This document shows positions 1 to 8,808 of a stretch of DNA of 32,000 nt, in pieces. The DNA lies in the NCBI RefSeq assembly GCF_918741295.1, contig NZ_CAKKNB010000003.1:652668-684667 (forward strand). The letters run 5' to 3'. This DNA comes from Aquabacterium sp. CECT 9606 (GTDB taxonomy: Bacteria; Pseudomonadota; Gammaproteobacteria; Burkholderiales; Burkholderiaceae_C). The notes below the pieces were generated by a model. The model did not search any database, was not told the origin of the DNA, and worked only from the letters and a program-made list of their open reading frames with translations. Position numbers and translations under genes: made by a program. Numbering within the stretch: position 1 is the first letter of the stretch; the number at the start of each line of letters is the position of its first letter.

Positions 1-280
1 TCTCGTTGAAAGCGTGCTTGAGGTACAGCAGGGCCACCATCAAACGAATGGGCAGCCTGGGTCGTCCTGCTGCACTGACGCCACCGGCCACAACCACGGC
101 CATGGGGCCGAACATGTCGGCGTCTTCACGCTGCCTGCCCATGCGCGCCTTGCGCGCAAACAGCGGCGCCAGCGACTTCTCGATCTCGACCCAGGGCATG
201 CGCCGACCCAACACTGCCAATGGATGGTTCAGGTCAATCATGCCGTCCAGCCGGGCGCGGAAGAAGTCGGGCGTACTCAT
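1..280 (-). CDS. IS5-family DDE transposase, N-terminal part (partial, continues past left window edge)
   Basis: Reverse-strand reading from ATG (280-278) gives MSTPDFFRARLDGMIDLNHPLAVLGRRMPWVEIEKSLAPLFARKARMGRQRED...GRPRLPIRLMVALLYLKHAFNE with no stop before position 1. This is the typical InsH/DUF772-type N-terminus of IS5-family transposases. It is absent from the ORF track because it is open at the edge. Confidence 0.75.
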   Translation of the reverse strand, partial: MSTPDFFRARLDGMIDLNHPLAVLGRRMPWVEIEKSLAPLFARKARMGRQREDADMFGPMAVVVAGGVSAAGRPRLPIRLMVALLYLKHAFNE

Positions 281-413
281 CAGTTTGCATCCTCAAAACT
301 CTCAGGAACTGAACGCTATTGCACCCAAATCTGAGAGTTCTGACTACCCCCAATCACACGGTTCGCCCAGTGTTCATCAGGGGTGTCGCTATTTTGCAAG
401 GCCGACACCTTAG
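1..413 (-). mobile_element. Partial IS5-family insertion sequence; outer terminus lies at about 409-413
   Basis: The transposase start at 280 is followed by ~130 nt ending in ...GGTGTCGCTATTTTGCAAGGCCGACACC|TTAG. The reverse complement (CT)AAGGTGTCGGCCTTGCAAAA resembles the GGAAGGTCTGCAAAA terminus of the second IS in the window and abuts the same TTAG tetranucleotide. The exact end is uncertain. Confidence 0.45.
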
Positions 414-874
414 CCTACCTTGACACGCGCCGGAACCCATCGTACCTTGCACGTCAAAGTGAATCTCATCTCAGCGTTATAAACAAGAAATTCGGCGCAA
501 CAAGACAAACAAGATTCATACCCGCAGCCAATTTTGAACGTTTCAAAGCATAGGTTAACTGGCGTGGTTCTTTACGTCTTACACTCAGAGCGCTTCGCAC
601 TGGCTCCGATGCAAAATTTGGAAAAGTTCGGCCTTTAGCATCTTAAGTTAAGGAACCGCTGATCAATGACCGCTTCGCGTGCACCCATCGACTGTGATGG
701 GTTTGAATGTCGCGACAGCGGTCAAATTCAGCTGGAATTCATGGTTTTTAGCCTTCTCAAAGTGATTTCAGACCCCTTTCGAGGCTCACTGGAGCCATCA
801 AGACGCACCTCGCGGGCATCAAGCGCCAACAGCTTGGAGCGAGTGATCACCAAATTGACCAAACCATTTTCATT

Positions 875-1390
875 ATGACGAAACCTTACCACCCAGCAGG
901 CAGCTCCCTTGAAAAAACATGCAAAGCTGAACCGAATTCCGCCATTCACGCGGCGAGGCAATTCTCCAACGCCGTGCCTCACAACTTCGACCTGGGCATG
1001 ATTGTGGAATCCATGAGCAGCACAGCGGCAGTAATGCGACTACCCTACCGCAACATACTCATGGGCGACTCGGAAAAAGACTGGCTCTACAGCAGCACCC
1101 TTTACAGCCTAGCGGACGCTGCGTCCGGCATGGCTGTATTTTGCGCATTGAATGAGCTGACATCCATCGCCACGCTGGACATGCGAATTGACTACTTGCG
1201 CCCCACGCCTATTGGCCGCGATCTGTTGGCCAATGCGACTTGCTACCGCTTGACCCGCCAAGTCGCTTTCACGCGCTGCTCCATTTACTTGGCCGATGAT
1301 GACGAGATATGCGCTATCGCCACAGGCACATTTTATTGTGGAAAGCGATCTGCCACGCACACCATCAAAGCCAAGAGAGACTCGATATGA
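875..1390 (+). CDS. PaaI/4HBT-type hotdog-fold thioesterase paralogue (lacks the usual HGG, has YSS)
   Basis: 171-aa ORF. FDLGMIVES...AVMRLPY...DWLYSSTLYSLADAASGMAV...TLDMRIDYLRP fits the PaaI hotdog pattern. Its stop overlaps the next start (ATGA at 1387-1390). Confidence 0.65.
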   Translation: MTKPYHPAGSSLEKTCKAEPNSAIHAARQFSNAVPHNFDLGMIVESMSSTAAVMRLPYRNILMGDSEKDWLYSSTLYSLADAASGMAVFCALNELTSIATLDMRIDYLRPTPIGRDLLANATCYRLTRQVAFTRCSIYLADDDEICAIATGTFYCGKRSATHTIKAKRDSI

Positions 1391-1890
1391 CCCAACGCAT
1401 GAACGCTGTCCTAGAGGCCCTTGCCTCTAACCGCTATCAAGACCTACTTGACGCCATTCCTTATGTTCGCCATTTGGGCATTCGTGTAGAAGGCGAGCAG
1501 GATGCCCGAAAAAGCACTCTTCTCTTCCATCTGCCATTTCGCAATGAGATCATTGGGAACCCTATGCTGCCAGCGCTGCATGGCGGCGTGGTTGGCGCAC
1601 TACTGGAAACAGCCTCGATGATCCAAGTCATTGCCTCTGAGAGGCAGTCACGCATGCCCCGGCTGATTGATTTCTCAGTAGATTACTTGCGCTCAGCGCG
1701 CACGAAAGATTGCTGGGCAGAGTGCAACGTTGTTCGCATGGGCAGCAGCATTGCTGCAGTCAGCGTGCGCTGCTGGCAAGACGATGAGACCGCCCCTATC
1801 GCCACAGCACGGGCTCATTTGTTACTGGTCGAGCCGATGCCACAGCAACACGGCGGATTGCCGATGAAACCCCAACCATTTGATATATAA
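1387..1890 (+). CDS. PaaI/4HBT-type hotdog-fold thioesterase
   Basis: Start chosen at MTQRMNAV (ATGA coupling with the upstream gene). IPYVRHLGIRVE...NPMLPALHGGVVGALLETASM...IDFSVDYLRSA is the canonical PaaI-family core including HGG. Confidence 0.75.
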   Translation: MTQRMNAVLEALASNRYQDLLDAIPYVRHLGIRVEGEQDARKSTLLFHLPFRNEIIGNPMLPALHGGVVGALLETASMIQVIASERQSRMPRLIDFSVDYLRSARTKDCWAECNVVRMGSSIAAVSVRCWQDDETAPIATARAHLLLVEPMPQQHGGLPMKPQPFDI

Positions 1891-1911
1891 ATCAATAAGC
1901 AGGAGCATATC

Positions 1912-3606
1912 ATGCAAATCATTGATATCCCAGATCGCCCCTGGGTGAACTTTCATCAATCACAGCCTGACTTCAATCAAAAAATATTGGGATTGGCCGA
2001 CTTTATCGAGCAGCATGCGAGCGAACGCCAAAAAAAGGCGGCGGCCGAATACCTCGGCGCAACCATAAGCTACGCCGAACTGAATTTTTTGGCAAATAAG
2101 CTGGCCAATGCGCTACGAGACCGTGGCGTGCAGCGCTCGGAGACCATCGGACTGCACCTACCGAATACACCAGAGTATCTTATTGCCCTTGTCGCAGCCT
2201 CTAAGTTGGGCTGCCCAGTAACTGGTGTTTCACCTCTGTTGACCACACCAGAAATTGAACACCAACTTCAGGATGCGGGCGCCCGATTTCTGATTTCAAT
2301 GGAACAAGTTTATACCACGTCCGTGGCACCTGCTGATGGGCGGCTCTCTTTGTTGCGGGGCGTGTTTGTCACCAGTCCCATTGGCATTTTGCCAAAGTGG
2401 AAGCAGCACGCGGCTTATTTTTCTGGAAAGCTGCCGCGCCCAAGTTGGAAACCAATGATCCACACTGCGACCGAAGCGTTCATGCCGGCGGTGCAAAACG
2501 CTTCGGATGCCCACGCCTACGCTTCGGTTGCCGAGGATGAAACTGTATTTATCCAGTATACAGGCGGCACCACCGGAAAGCCCAAGGGGGCAGAGCTCAC
2601 CAAGCGGAATATGTTTGCCAACGGCTTGCAGGCCATGTCCTTCATCGGGGGTGACAGCGGGGATACTTTTGCGTCTGCGTTCCCGTTGTTCCATCAGGCT
2701 GGCCTGGCGATTTCATTGATGGCGTTGCGCGCAGGAGCGCGGCAGTTACTGATTCCGAATCCGCGTGACATTGATTTTTTCATTACTCAGATGAAAAAAT
2801 TCCCTCCAACCATGCTCGGCAACGTTCCTTCTCTCTACCAGATGCTGTTGGAGAAACCAGCATTTCGTGAGATTGATTTTTCGCGGCTACGTGTCGCCTT
2901 TTCAGGGGCTGCACCGTTTGCACCAGAAGGCATCCGTCAGCTTGAGGTCGTTGTCGGTGCCGGCAAACTTTGCGAAGTCTATGGCATGACTGAAACCAGC
3001 CCACTCATCACTATCAACCCACCTGGTCGGACCAAACCCGGCACCGTGGGGATACCACTACCAGGCAGCGATGTGAAAATCATGGACGCGGAAACCGGCA
3101 ACGTTGAGATGCCGGCTGGAGAAGTCGGCGAAATCACGACCTGCGGCCCCAATGTTATGAAGGGTTATCGAGGGCACAGCGAAGCCACTGCCCAGTCAGT
3201 GCGTGAAATCAACGGTAAGCGCTGGATGTACACTGGCGATATCGGGTTTTTTGATGCCGAAGGTTACTTGACCATTTGTGATCGAGCCAAGGATATGCTC
3301 ATTGTTGGTGGGTACAAGGTCTTTTCCGTCGAAGTTGAAAGCAAACTCAAGGAGTTGCCATGCATTGAGCTTTGTGCTTTGGTTGGCCTACCCGATCCCA
3401 ACCGCCCCGGCAACGATATCGTCAAGTTGTATGTGCAGCTTTCGGCCGATTCGAGTTCAGTCAACCGGGATGTTTTGATGGTGCAGATTCTTGACTTCTG
3501 TCGGCAGAACATGGCTCCTTACAAGGTGCCCAAGCACATCGAGTTCATGGCAACGCTGCCACTGACACCTATTGGCAAGCTGGATAAAAAGGCCTTGCGC
3601 AATTGA
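1912..3606 (+). CDS. Medium/long-chain acyl-CoA synthetase (AMP-dependent ligase, AlkK/FadD-like)
   Basis: 564 aa with RBS AGGAG 7 nt upstream. AMP-binding motifs YTGGTTGKPKGA, YGMTE, YTGDIG, GGYKV and the C-terminal PLTPIGKLDKKAL. Confidence 0.9.
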   Translation: MQIIDIPDRPWVNFHQSQPDFNQKILGLADFIEQHASERQKKAAAEYLGATISYAELNFLANKLANALRDRGVQRSETIGLHLPNTPEYLIALVAASKLGCPVTGVSPLLTTPEIEHQLQDAGARFLISMEQVYTTSVAPADGRLSLLRGVFVTSPIGILPKWKQHAAYFSGKLPRPSWKPMIHTATEAFMPAVQNASDAHAYASVAEDETVFIQYTGGTTGKPKGAELTKRNMFANGLQAMSFIGGDSGDTFASAFPLFHQAGLAISLMALRAGARQLLIPNPRDIDFFITQMKKFPPTMLGNVPSLYQMLLEKPAFREIDFSRLRVAFSGAAPFAPEGIRQLEVVVGAGKLCEVYGMTETSPLITINPPGRTKPGTVGIPLPGSDVKIMDAETGNVEMPAGEVGEITTCGPNVMKGYRGHSEATAQSVREINGKRWMYTGDIGFFDAEGYLTICDRAKDMLIVGGYKVFSVEVESKLKELPCIELCALVGLPDPNRPGNDIVKLYVQLSADSSSVNRDVLMVQILDFCRQNMAPYKVPKHIEFMATLPLTPIGKLDKKALRN

Positions 3607-3689
3607 CGAACCAGCGAAGGTGCCCGTACCCAAACACCTGCGTGGTGCGGGTGGCCTTGCTGATTGAAATATGGACCGGAGAAAACCCA

Positions 3690-4364
3690 ATGAATGAACA
3701 CCCGAACTTGGGCACGCTAGCCCCGACGCCACTGATTGACAGCGACCATCCCGATGTGCTCGCTTTCGCAGAACGTCACGCCAAAGGTGCTAACGACCGT
3801 GAGCGAGCTATCGCTCTGTACTATGCGGTACGCGACGGTTTCAAGTACGATCCTTACCGAATTGATCTGTCATCCGACGGGATGAGGGCCAGCCGGGTGA
3901 TCAAGCTGGGTGTCGGCTGGTGTGTGACAAAAGCGACGCTGCTGGCTGCTGCGTCGCGCGCGGCTAGGATCCCGGCGCGTTTGGGCTATTCTGACGTGCG
4001 CAACCACCTGTCGACCGAGCGCATGCGGCAGACGATGAAAACCGACTTGTTTGTATGGCACGGCTATGCCGAAATTTGGCTAGAAGGTGCTTGGGTCAAA
4101 ACCACCCCGGCGTTCAACATAGAGCTTTGTGAGCGATTCGGTCTGCTACCGCTCGATTGGGACGGTCACGCCGATTCGCTCTACCACCCGTTTGATCGAG
4201 AGGGCAACCGTCACATGGAGTATGTACGTCAGCATGGCAGCTTTGACGATGTCCCGTTGGCGGAGATCTCAGCCGCCATTACTAGCACTTACCCTGATTT
4301 GCATGCACTGTCGGTACCAGAAACGAGCTTTGAAGCTGACGTTCTGCGCGAACAATCTCGATGA
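3690..4364 (+). CDS. Transglutaminase-like (papain-fold) domain protein
   Basis: Start at MNEHPNLG behind GGAGA. The core GVGWCVTKATLLAAASRAARIPARLGY...VWHGYAEIWLEGAWVKTTP matches the transglutaminase-core Cys and His positions. The usual Asp of the D-P-T element reads T-T-P here. Confidence 0.7.
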   Translation: MNEHPNLGTLAPTPLIDSDHPDVLAFAERHAKGANDRERAIALYYAVRDGFKYDPYRIDLSSDGMRASRVIKLGVGWCVTKATLLAAASRAARIPARLGYSDVRNHLSTERMRQTMKTDLFVWHGYAEIWLEGAWVKTTPAFNIELCERFGLLPLDWDGHADSLYHPFDREGNRHMEYVRQHGSFDDVPLAEISAAITSTYPDLHALSVPETSFEADVLREQSR

Positions 4365-4418
4365 GTGCGTAAAGCCCGCACAGGATGATTTCGACGACGG
4401 GCCGGAGGCAAATTAGTA

Positions 4419-4449
4419 GCTCAAGAGAGTCAACGTTCTGCTCTTGAGC
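4419..4449. terminator. Hairpin between convergent genes (possible bidirectional terminator)
   Basis: GCTCAAGAG (4419-4427) pairs with CTCTTGAGC (4441-4449) around a 13-nt loop, between the stops at 4364 (+) and 4459 (-). There is no clear U-tract. Confidence 0.35.
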
Positions 4450-4458
4450 CGGGGGCGA

Positions 4459-4884
4459 TCACTCCACAGTCAACAGGACCTTCACCGAAGGGTCCACTGC
4501 GCTTTTTTCGATGTAGCCAACTGCATCTGGATTGGAAGCCAAGAGCTTTTTCACTTCGGCGCTGTTAGCAAGCTCCTTGGGCGGCAGCGCCTTACCCGAA
4601 AAGACCAGACGCGACCATATTGCCTTCACTTGTGCGGCCGACTTTCCGGCTACTTTAGTGTAGAACTGTTCCCGGATAGTGGTTGATTCGGATTGATCTA
4701 CCAACACCGCGCTGCCAGCACCAGGGAGTTGAGCATTTTTGCCAAGAAAGAGGCCAGCGGTTTGTTCGGCATTGAGTGCGGTAGCCGGGCTCTTGGCCCC
4801 AACCACGATGGCGACTTGAGCGTGCGCGGCATGAACAGAGCAAACCACTCCAGCTGCGAGCAGCCAATGATTGATTGATTTCAT
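4459..4884 (-). CDS. Small secreted periplasmic-binding-protein-like protein (PstS-like single lobe)
   Basis: 141 aa with signal peptide MKSINHWLLAAGVVCSVHAAHA. IVVGAKSP...LFLGK...IWSRLVFSGK...VGYIE is the pattern of short proteins usually annotated as phosphate ABC substrate-binding-like. Confidence 0.65.
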   Translation of the reverse strand: MKSINHWLLAAGVVCSVHAAHAQVAIVVGAKSPATALNAEQTAGLFLGKNAQLPGAGSAVLVDQSESTTIREQFYTKVAGKSAAQVKAIWSRLVFSGKALPPKELANSAEVKKLLASNPDAVGYIEKSAVDPSVKVLLTVE

Positions 4885-4897
4885 GATAGACCTCAGC

Positions 4898-6127
4898 TCA
4901 GAAGACGAAGTCCACAGCTAAGCTGTAGACATTGACAGGATTGGCACCAAACCCGGGTTTGACATCGGTGAACAGGCCGACGCCACCGGTGTCAACCTTG
5001 ATTCGATCGAATTGCGCTTTTACAGCAAGATTTTTGCGAGCATCCCAGCGTAAACCGACGGCAGCGGTCTTTTGACCAACAGACGCCAGTAAAGTGTTCA
5101 CACCCCCAGCAAGTTGGTCAAGTCCGGGGTCGATACCTGTGGGGATGACTGACGACGAGATCGGGCTATCCTGAGAGAGTCGAGAGATCGTGACATAAGG
5201 CGTCCATACACCATACCGACGCCCAAGCGTCACGTACCAGCCCGTGGTGTCAGCAAAGAAGGCATCGACTCGGCGCTTGGTGTATTCCGCAGTGCCCACG
5301 AAGTCATTCCAGTCAATCGCGAGGCCTATTCCGGAGAAGGATGCGGCCTTGTCACTGGTGTCCAACTCTTCCGCCAAAGGGACAAGGGCCTCCAAACCCG
5401 GGCTTTGGCCTGCTTGACGCAGCCCGGCAAACAAGCCGTCCAAGCCTGAATTGCCACTCAAGTTGAGCTTGCCTTGCATATGTCCCAACCGCAGCGTCAC
5501 GGGCCCATATTCGGCTGAGGCGTTGAAACCTACCCCACTCTTTAGCTTAGCCTCACCCCCGAACATCTTGCCGGAGGTGCTACCCGTAAATACTTGAGCA
5601 TTCACGTTAGTATCGCCAATGCTGCCTTGATAGGAAACATCCACACCATCGAGATGGCTAAACGGAATCTGACCGTAAACATCAACGGGGGGGCGAAGCC
5701 AGGTGTTGGCATAACCGACGTCACGGAAATCGCTGACGAGGAAGTAAGGCGTGCCTGTCCGGCCCACTCGCGCGCTGAAGCCCTTTCCGAGTTTTATCTT
5801 GGCAAAACCCCACTCGAGTTCCGGGTTCCAGTTACCCTCACCGTTGCGTTTGGTGAGTATCTGAGCGGTTAGCGAAAACACGCTGTTCGGGGTGGCTGAG
5901 ACTTGCAAACCAAGCTTGGAGTCAACACCGTAATCGACTTTCTTTCTTGCCCCCCCCTCCTGAGGAAAGATGCCATAGGCTCCAAGATCTGTGTTGGTCT
6001 TGACGGCTCCCACGGTGCCAAAACCGGAGAAGCTGACCATGGATGGTTCAGTGGTTTCTTCGGCATGAACACCACTTGCATGGACGGCAAAGACCGCAAG
6101 TACTAGGGCACTGGACATAATTCGCAT
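4898..6127 (-). CDS. Outer-membrane beta-barrel porin
   Basis: 409 aa with signal peptide ...AVHASGVHA|EE, alternating beta-strand pattern, Gly/aromatic richness, and the C-terminal signature VYSLAVDFVF ending in Phe. Confidence 0.8.
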   Translation of the reverse strand: MRIMSSALVLAVFAVHASGVHAEETTEPSMVSFSGFGTVGAVKTNTDLGAYGIFPQEGGARKKVDYGVDSKLGLQVSATPNSVFSLTAQILTKRNGEGNWNPELEWGFAKIKLGKGFSARVGRTGTPYFLVSDFRDVGYANTWLRPPVDVYGQIPFSHLDGVDVSYQGSIGDTNVNAQVFTGSTSGKMFGGEAKLKSGVGFNASAEYGPVTLRLGHMQGKLNLSGNSGLDGLFAGLRQAGQSPGLEALVPLAEELDTSDKAASFSGIGLAIDWNDFVGTAEYTKRRVDAFFADTTGWYVTLGRRYGVWTPYVTISRLSQDSPISSSVIPTGIDPGLDQLAGGVNTLLASVGQKTAAVGLRWDARKNLAVKAQFDRIKVDTGGVGLFTDVKPGFGANPVNVYSLAVDFVF

Positions 6128-6303
6128 GAGTGATTCCTTCTAAAAGAGGTAGCGCATGGGATTAACGAACTACTTCGCCACGCAACGAAATTTACTATCG
6201 GCCAATCGACTGCTATCTTCAGAACAATCTGTGATAAAGACCCTTCAAAATTGTTTCACACTGCGACAAACTCACGCGATTGCTCGCTCCCACCGCTAGA
6301 GAC

Positions 6304-6798
6304 TCAAGGCTGGACACCATCCTCCACCATCACGCTGACTTTCTGGAGGGTGGATACGATAGGTCTGTGTGCCCCATCCGACCAATAAACCTTCAGCGTA
6401 TGAGGGCCTATATTGACAGGCAAGTCGAAGACGAAAAGGTACCGATGGTGCCCGAGCCGTATAAGCTGCTCATTCGATGGCATCAAAGACTTGCTGTCTA
6501 CTTCGACATGCAGGTGCGTCCTAACGGCCTGCGAACTCATCGTCAACCGCCGCATGTCGCCAGATGTTTCAAATATCATGGCGAGTTGTTTGCCGACCCT
6601 GGCACCATCCGAAGGCATGAGAATGCGTAGCGGCGGAACCACCATCCCTGCGCTGCCAGTCGCCTGACCTTGACCTAGACGTTCCTTGGTAGGGTGGCTG
6701 TGGTCATGCACATGCAGTTGGTCGGCAGCACCGCCATGCACAAGGGGAGGGGCCAGCATCAGGGCACCAAGCACGACTGCAAACTGGAAGGTCTTCAT
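6304..6798 (-). CDS. Secreted His-rich protein, last gene of the CuMMO operon (DUF4399-like by recollection)
   Basis: 164 aa with a signal peptide ending PPLVHG. The mature N-terminus is GAADQLHVHDHSHP. Later residues RILMPSDGARVG...THLHVEVD...IRLGHHRYLF...GPHTLKVYWSDGAH suggest an Ig-like beta domain with clustered His. It lies 36 nt downstream of copD on the same strand. Confidence 0.6.
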   Translation of the reverse strand: MKTFQFAVVLGALMLAPPLVHGGAADQLHVHDHSHPTKERLGQGQATGSAGMVVPPLRILMPSDGARVGKQLAMIFETSGDMRRLTMSSQAVRTHLHVEVDSKSLMPSNEQLIRLGHHRYLFVFDLPVNIGPHTLKVYWSDGAHRPIVSTLQKVSVMVEDGVQP

Positions 6799-6834
6799 AT
6801 GGATTGAGTCCTTGAACGGCGAGCTGAAATTGAG

Positions 6835-8808
6835 TCAATGAACATGATCGTCAGGGGAAGGTTTGAGCTGAGGTTCAGCATTAAGCTGAACCAGTTCCGG
6901 GAATAATCGATCCAAGTCATCCCAGCCAGACCGATCTTCTTCTGGGATCCAACGTGCCCGGACATAGCCGAAACGGTCAATCAAGAACTCCGCCCTTGCC
7001 CAGTCCATTCCCAGGCGGTCAGGAGCTCCGCGATTGGAAGCGGTGCGCGACAAAAGTTCGTACGCGTCCCAGATTTCCTTGCTTGAACTGCCAAGAACAG
7101 GGAACGGCAGATCTGATGGGGGTGTTACGCCCACCATTGGCACCACCAATAGAACGGCCGTGCGCAGGCTTTGCAAGCGCGGATAACCCGCCACGAGCCT
7201 GCGAATCCGCTCAGCCGACCGCTCATCTCTGTCAAGGAATACCAACAAGACATTGCTGCCCCCCCGGTAGTTCTTGAGTTCGCTGATTTCCGCACTGCCT
7301 TCAATGTAGAAGTTTGGCGCACCTAACCAAGCTTGACCGGAAACAACGCGTGAACTGAGTAACCGCCCTTCAAAGCCCTGAGAAAACGCGCGCAAAAAAT
7401 TGATCAAGTCCCATCGTTCCGAGGTCGACAGCACCTTGCCAAAGCCAGGCATCCCGCTCTCTTGAATACCGTGCGTCAGCCACCAATACACATCGCCTAC
7501 AGTGTGCAGCGCCGTGTGCGGTTGGGTGAGGTTTGCCGGAATTTTGGGAAGCGAAGAGGCTAACGGTCCATCACCGAGACCGCCGCCACCGTGGCAGTGG
7601 ATACAATGCGCCTGAAAAAGCGCTCGTCCCTCCGCAATAGATGCAGTGAGATAAGGAGATTCCGAGCGCCTGTAACTGTCCGGGTAGGCCTTGACGGCCA
7701 GTATCCATGCGAGTGCTACAGCGCTGGTCACGAAGACAAACAAACCTGATTGGCGCAAGGTACGATGGCGACCAAATGTCGTTGTCAACAGACCTACAGC
7801 AAGACAGGCTGCTGCGGTGAGTATCCAAGGGCGTTGCGTAGTCACGATCCATGCCGCATCCAGAGCCCAACGAAATGGCAACCACCAGAACGACGCATCA
7901 TGCAGCGCTGGCGTTGTCTGACCAAGCCACGCCGCGCACCCAAGCACCCCAATTGCAGCAACGAATTCCATCGCAACATGACGTGCAGCCAAACGCGAAG
8001 CCATGGCCAAATTACCGGCCACGCGCAACTGCGGGAGAAAGCCCCTGCGAACACCATTGGCCAGCAATAAAACAACCGCCAAGATGCAAAATTTGGCGAC
8101 CAGCAAGCCACCATATAGCGTACCAAGCAGGTCTCCGGCATTGTTAATGTAAGTGTCGGCTAGTAACGCACCACTCAATACGATGGTGCACATGGCACCT
8201 ATTGCCAGCCAAGAAAAGCGTGTCAGCGCATCCTCAAGCTGGGAGCAAGAAAGACCAGATTGTCCATTTGCAAATGCGCGCACGGTCAGCACCCACAACG
8301 GTAAGGCGCCCATCCAAATGGCCACAGCCAAGACGTGAGCAATATTCAGAACCAGTGTCCAAGACAGTGCTCCGGCTCCGGCTGCGTGCCCCCCCAGTGG
8401 ACCAAGAACCAAGTAAAGGGCAGCAAAGCCCGCACTGATTCGCAAAAAAGATCCATGTAATTGTTCGCGCCGTATTATGAGTATTGACGCCAGCAGCAGA
8501 CAGGAAATAATAGCCCGATAAACCCAAACACGACCAACATGTGTATCGCTCAAAAGCTGATACCAAGCGTTCGTGTTGCCAACAAAACCCCCTAAAATAG
8601 AGATTTGCGCTGTCAGCTTACCAAGATGCGCAAAGACCAATAGAAAGCCGGGCAGCACATACAACAAGACATCGACTCTCTTAAATCGAGAGTTAGGCAG
8701 GCACGTTGCGCTGGGCAAGCATATGTGACGGAAAACTGTCGTGCCGACGACAACTGAGCCAGCCGCCAAGGTCAACCATTGACACAAGGCGGAGATGAAG
8801 CTAATCAA
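6835..8808 (-). CDS. copD: CopD-family polytopic membrane protein fused to a class-I cytochrome c and a Cys-free thioredoxin-fold domain
   Basis: 657 aa. Residues ~1-390 are hydrophobic multi-helix CopD-like. The heme motif CIHCH sits at codons 402-406 (nt 7591-7605), with the distal SGMPGFG Met. Residues ~495-625 (NVLLVFLDRD...FLIDRFGYVRARW) look like a redoxin fold but contain no Cys at all. The start overlaps the copC stop by 8 nt. Confidence 0.85.
   Translation of the reverse strand: MISFISALCQWLTLAAGSVVVGTTVFRHICLPSATCLPNSRFKRVDVLLYVLPGFLLVFAHLGKLTAQISILGGFVGNTNAWYQLLSDTHVGRVWVYRAIISCLLLASILIIRREQLHGSFLRISAGFAALYLVLGPLGGHAAGAGALSWTLVLNIAHVLAVAIWMGALPLWVLTVRAFANGQSGLSCSQLEDALTRFSWLAIGAMCTIVLSGALLADTYINNAGDLLGTLYGGLLVAKFCILAVVLLLANGVRRGFLPQLRVAGNLAMASRLAARHVAMEFVAAIGVLGCAAWLGQTTPALHDASFWWLPFRWALDAAWIVTTQRPWILTAAACLAVGLLTTTFGRHRTLRQSGLFVFVTSAVALAWILAVKAYPDSYRRSESPYLTASIAEGRALFQAHCIHCHGGGGLGDGPLASSLPKIPANLTQPHTALHTVGDVYWWLTHGIQESGMPGFGKVLSTSERWDLINFLRAFSQGFEGRLLSSRVVSGQAWLGAPNFYIEGSAEISELKNYRGGSNVLLVFLDRDERSAERIRRLVAGYPRLQSLRTAVLLVVPMVGVTPPSDLPFPVLGSSSKEIWDAYELLSRTASNRGAPDRLGMDWARAEFLIDRFGYVRARWIPEEDRSGWDDLDRLFPELVQLNAEPQLKPSPDDHVH

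Noticed and set aside
6-413. Plus-strand ORFs of 135 and 106 aa at the left edge
   Set aside because: They are antisense to a clearly recognisable IS5-family transposase N-terminus (1-280, minus strand). Their sequences are Arg/Ala/Pro/Ser-rich shadow products with no RBS.
7571-8566. Several 60-110-aa ORFs on both strands inside copD
   Set aside because: They lie within a long, coherent CopD-cytochrome c reading frame and have biased shadow-ORF composition.
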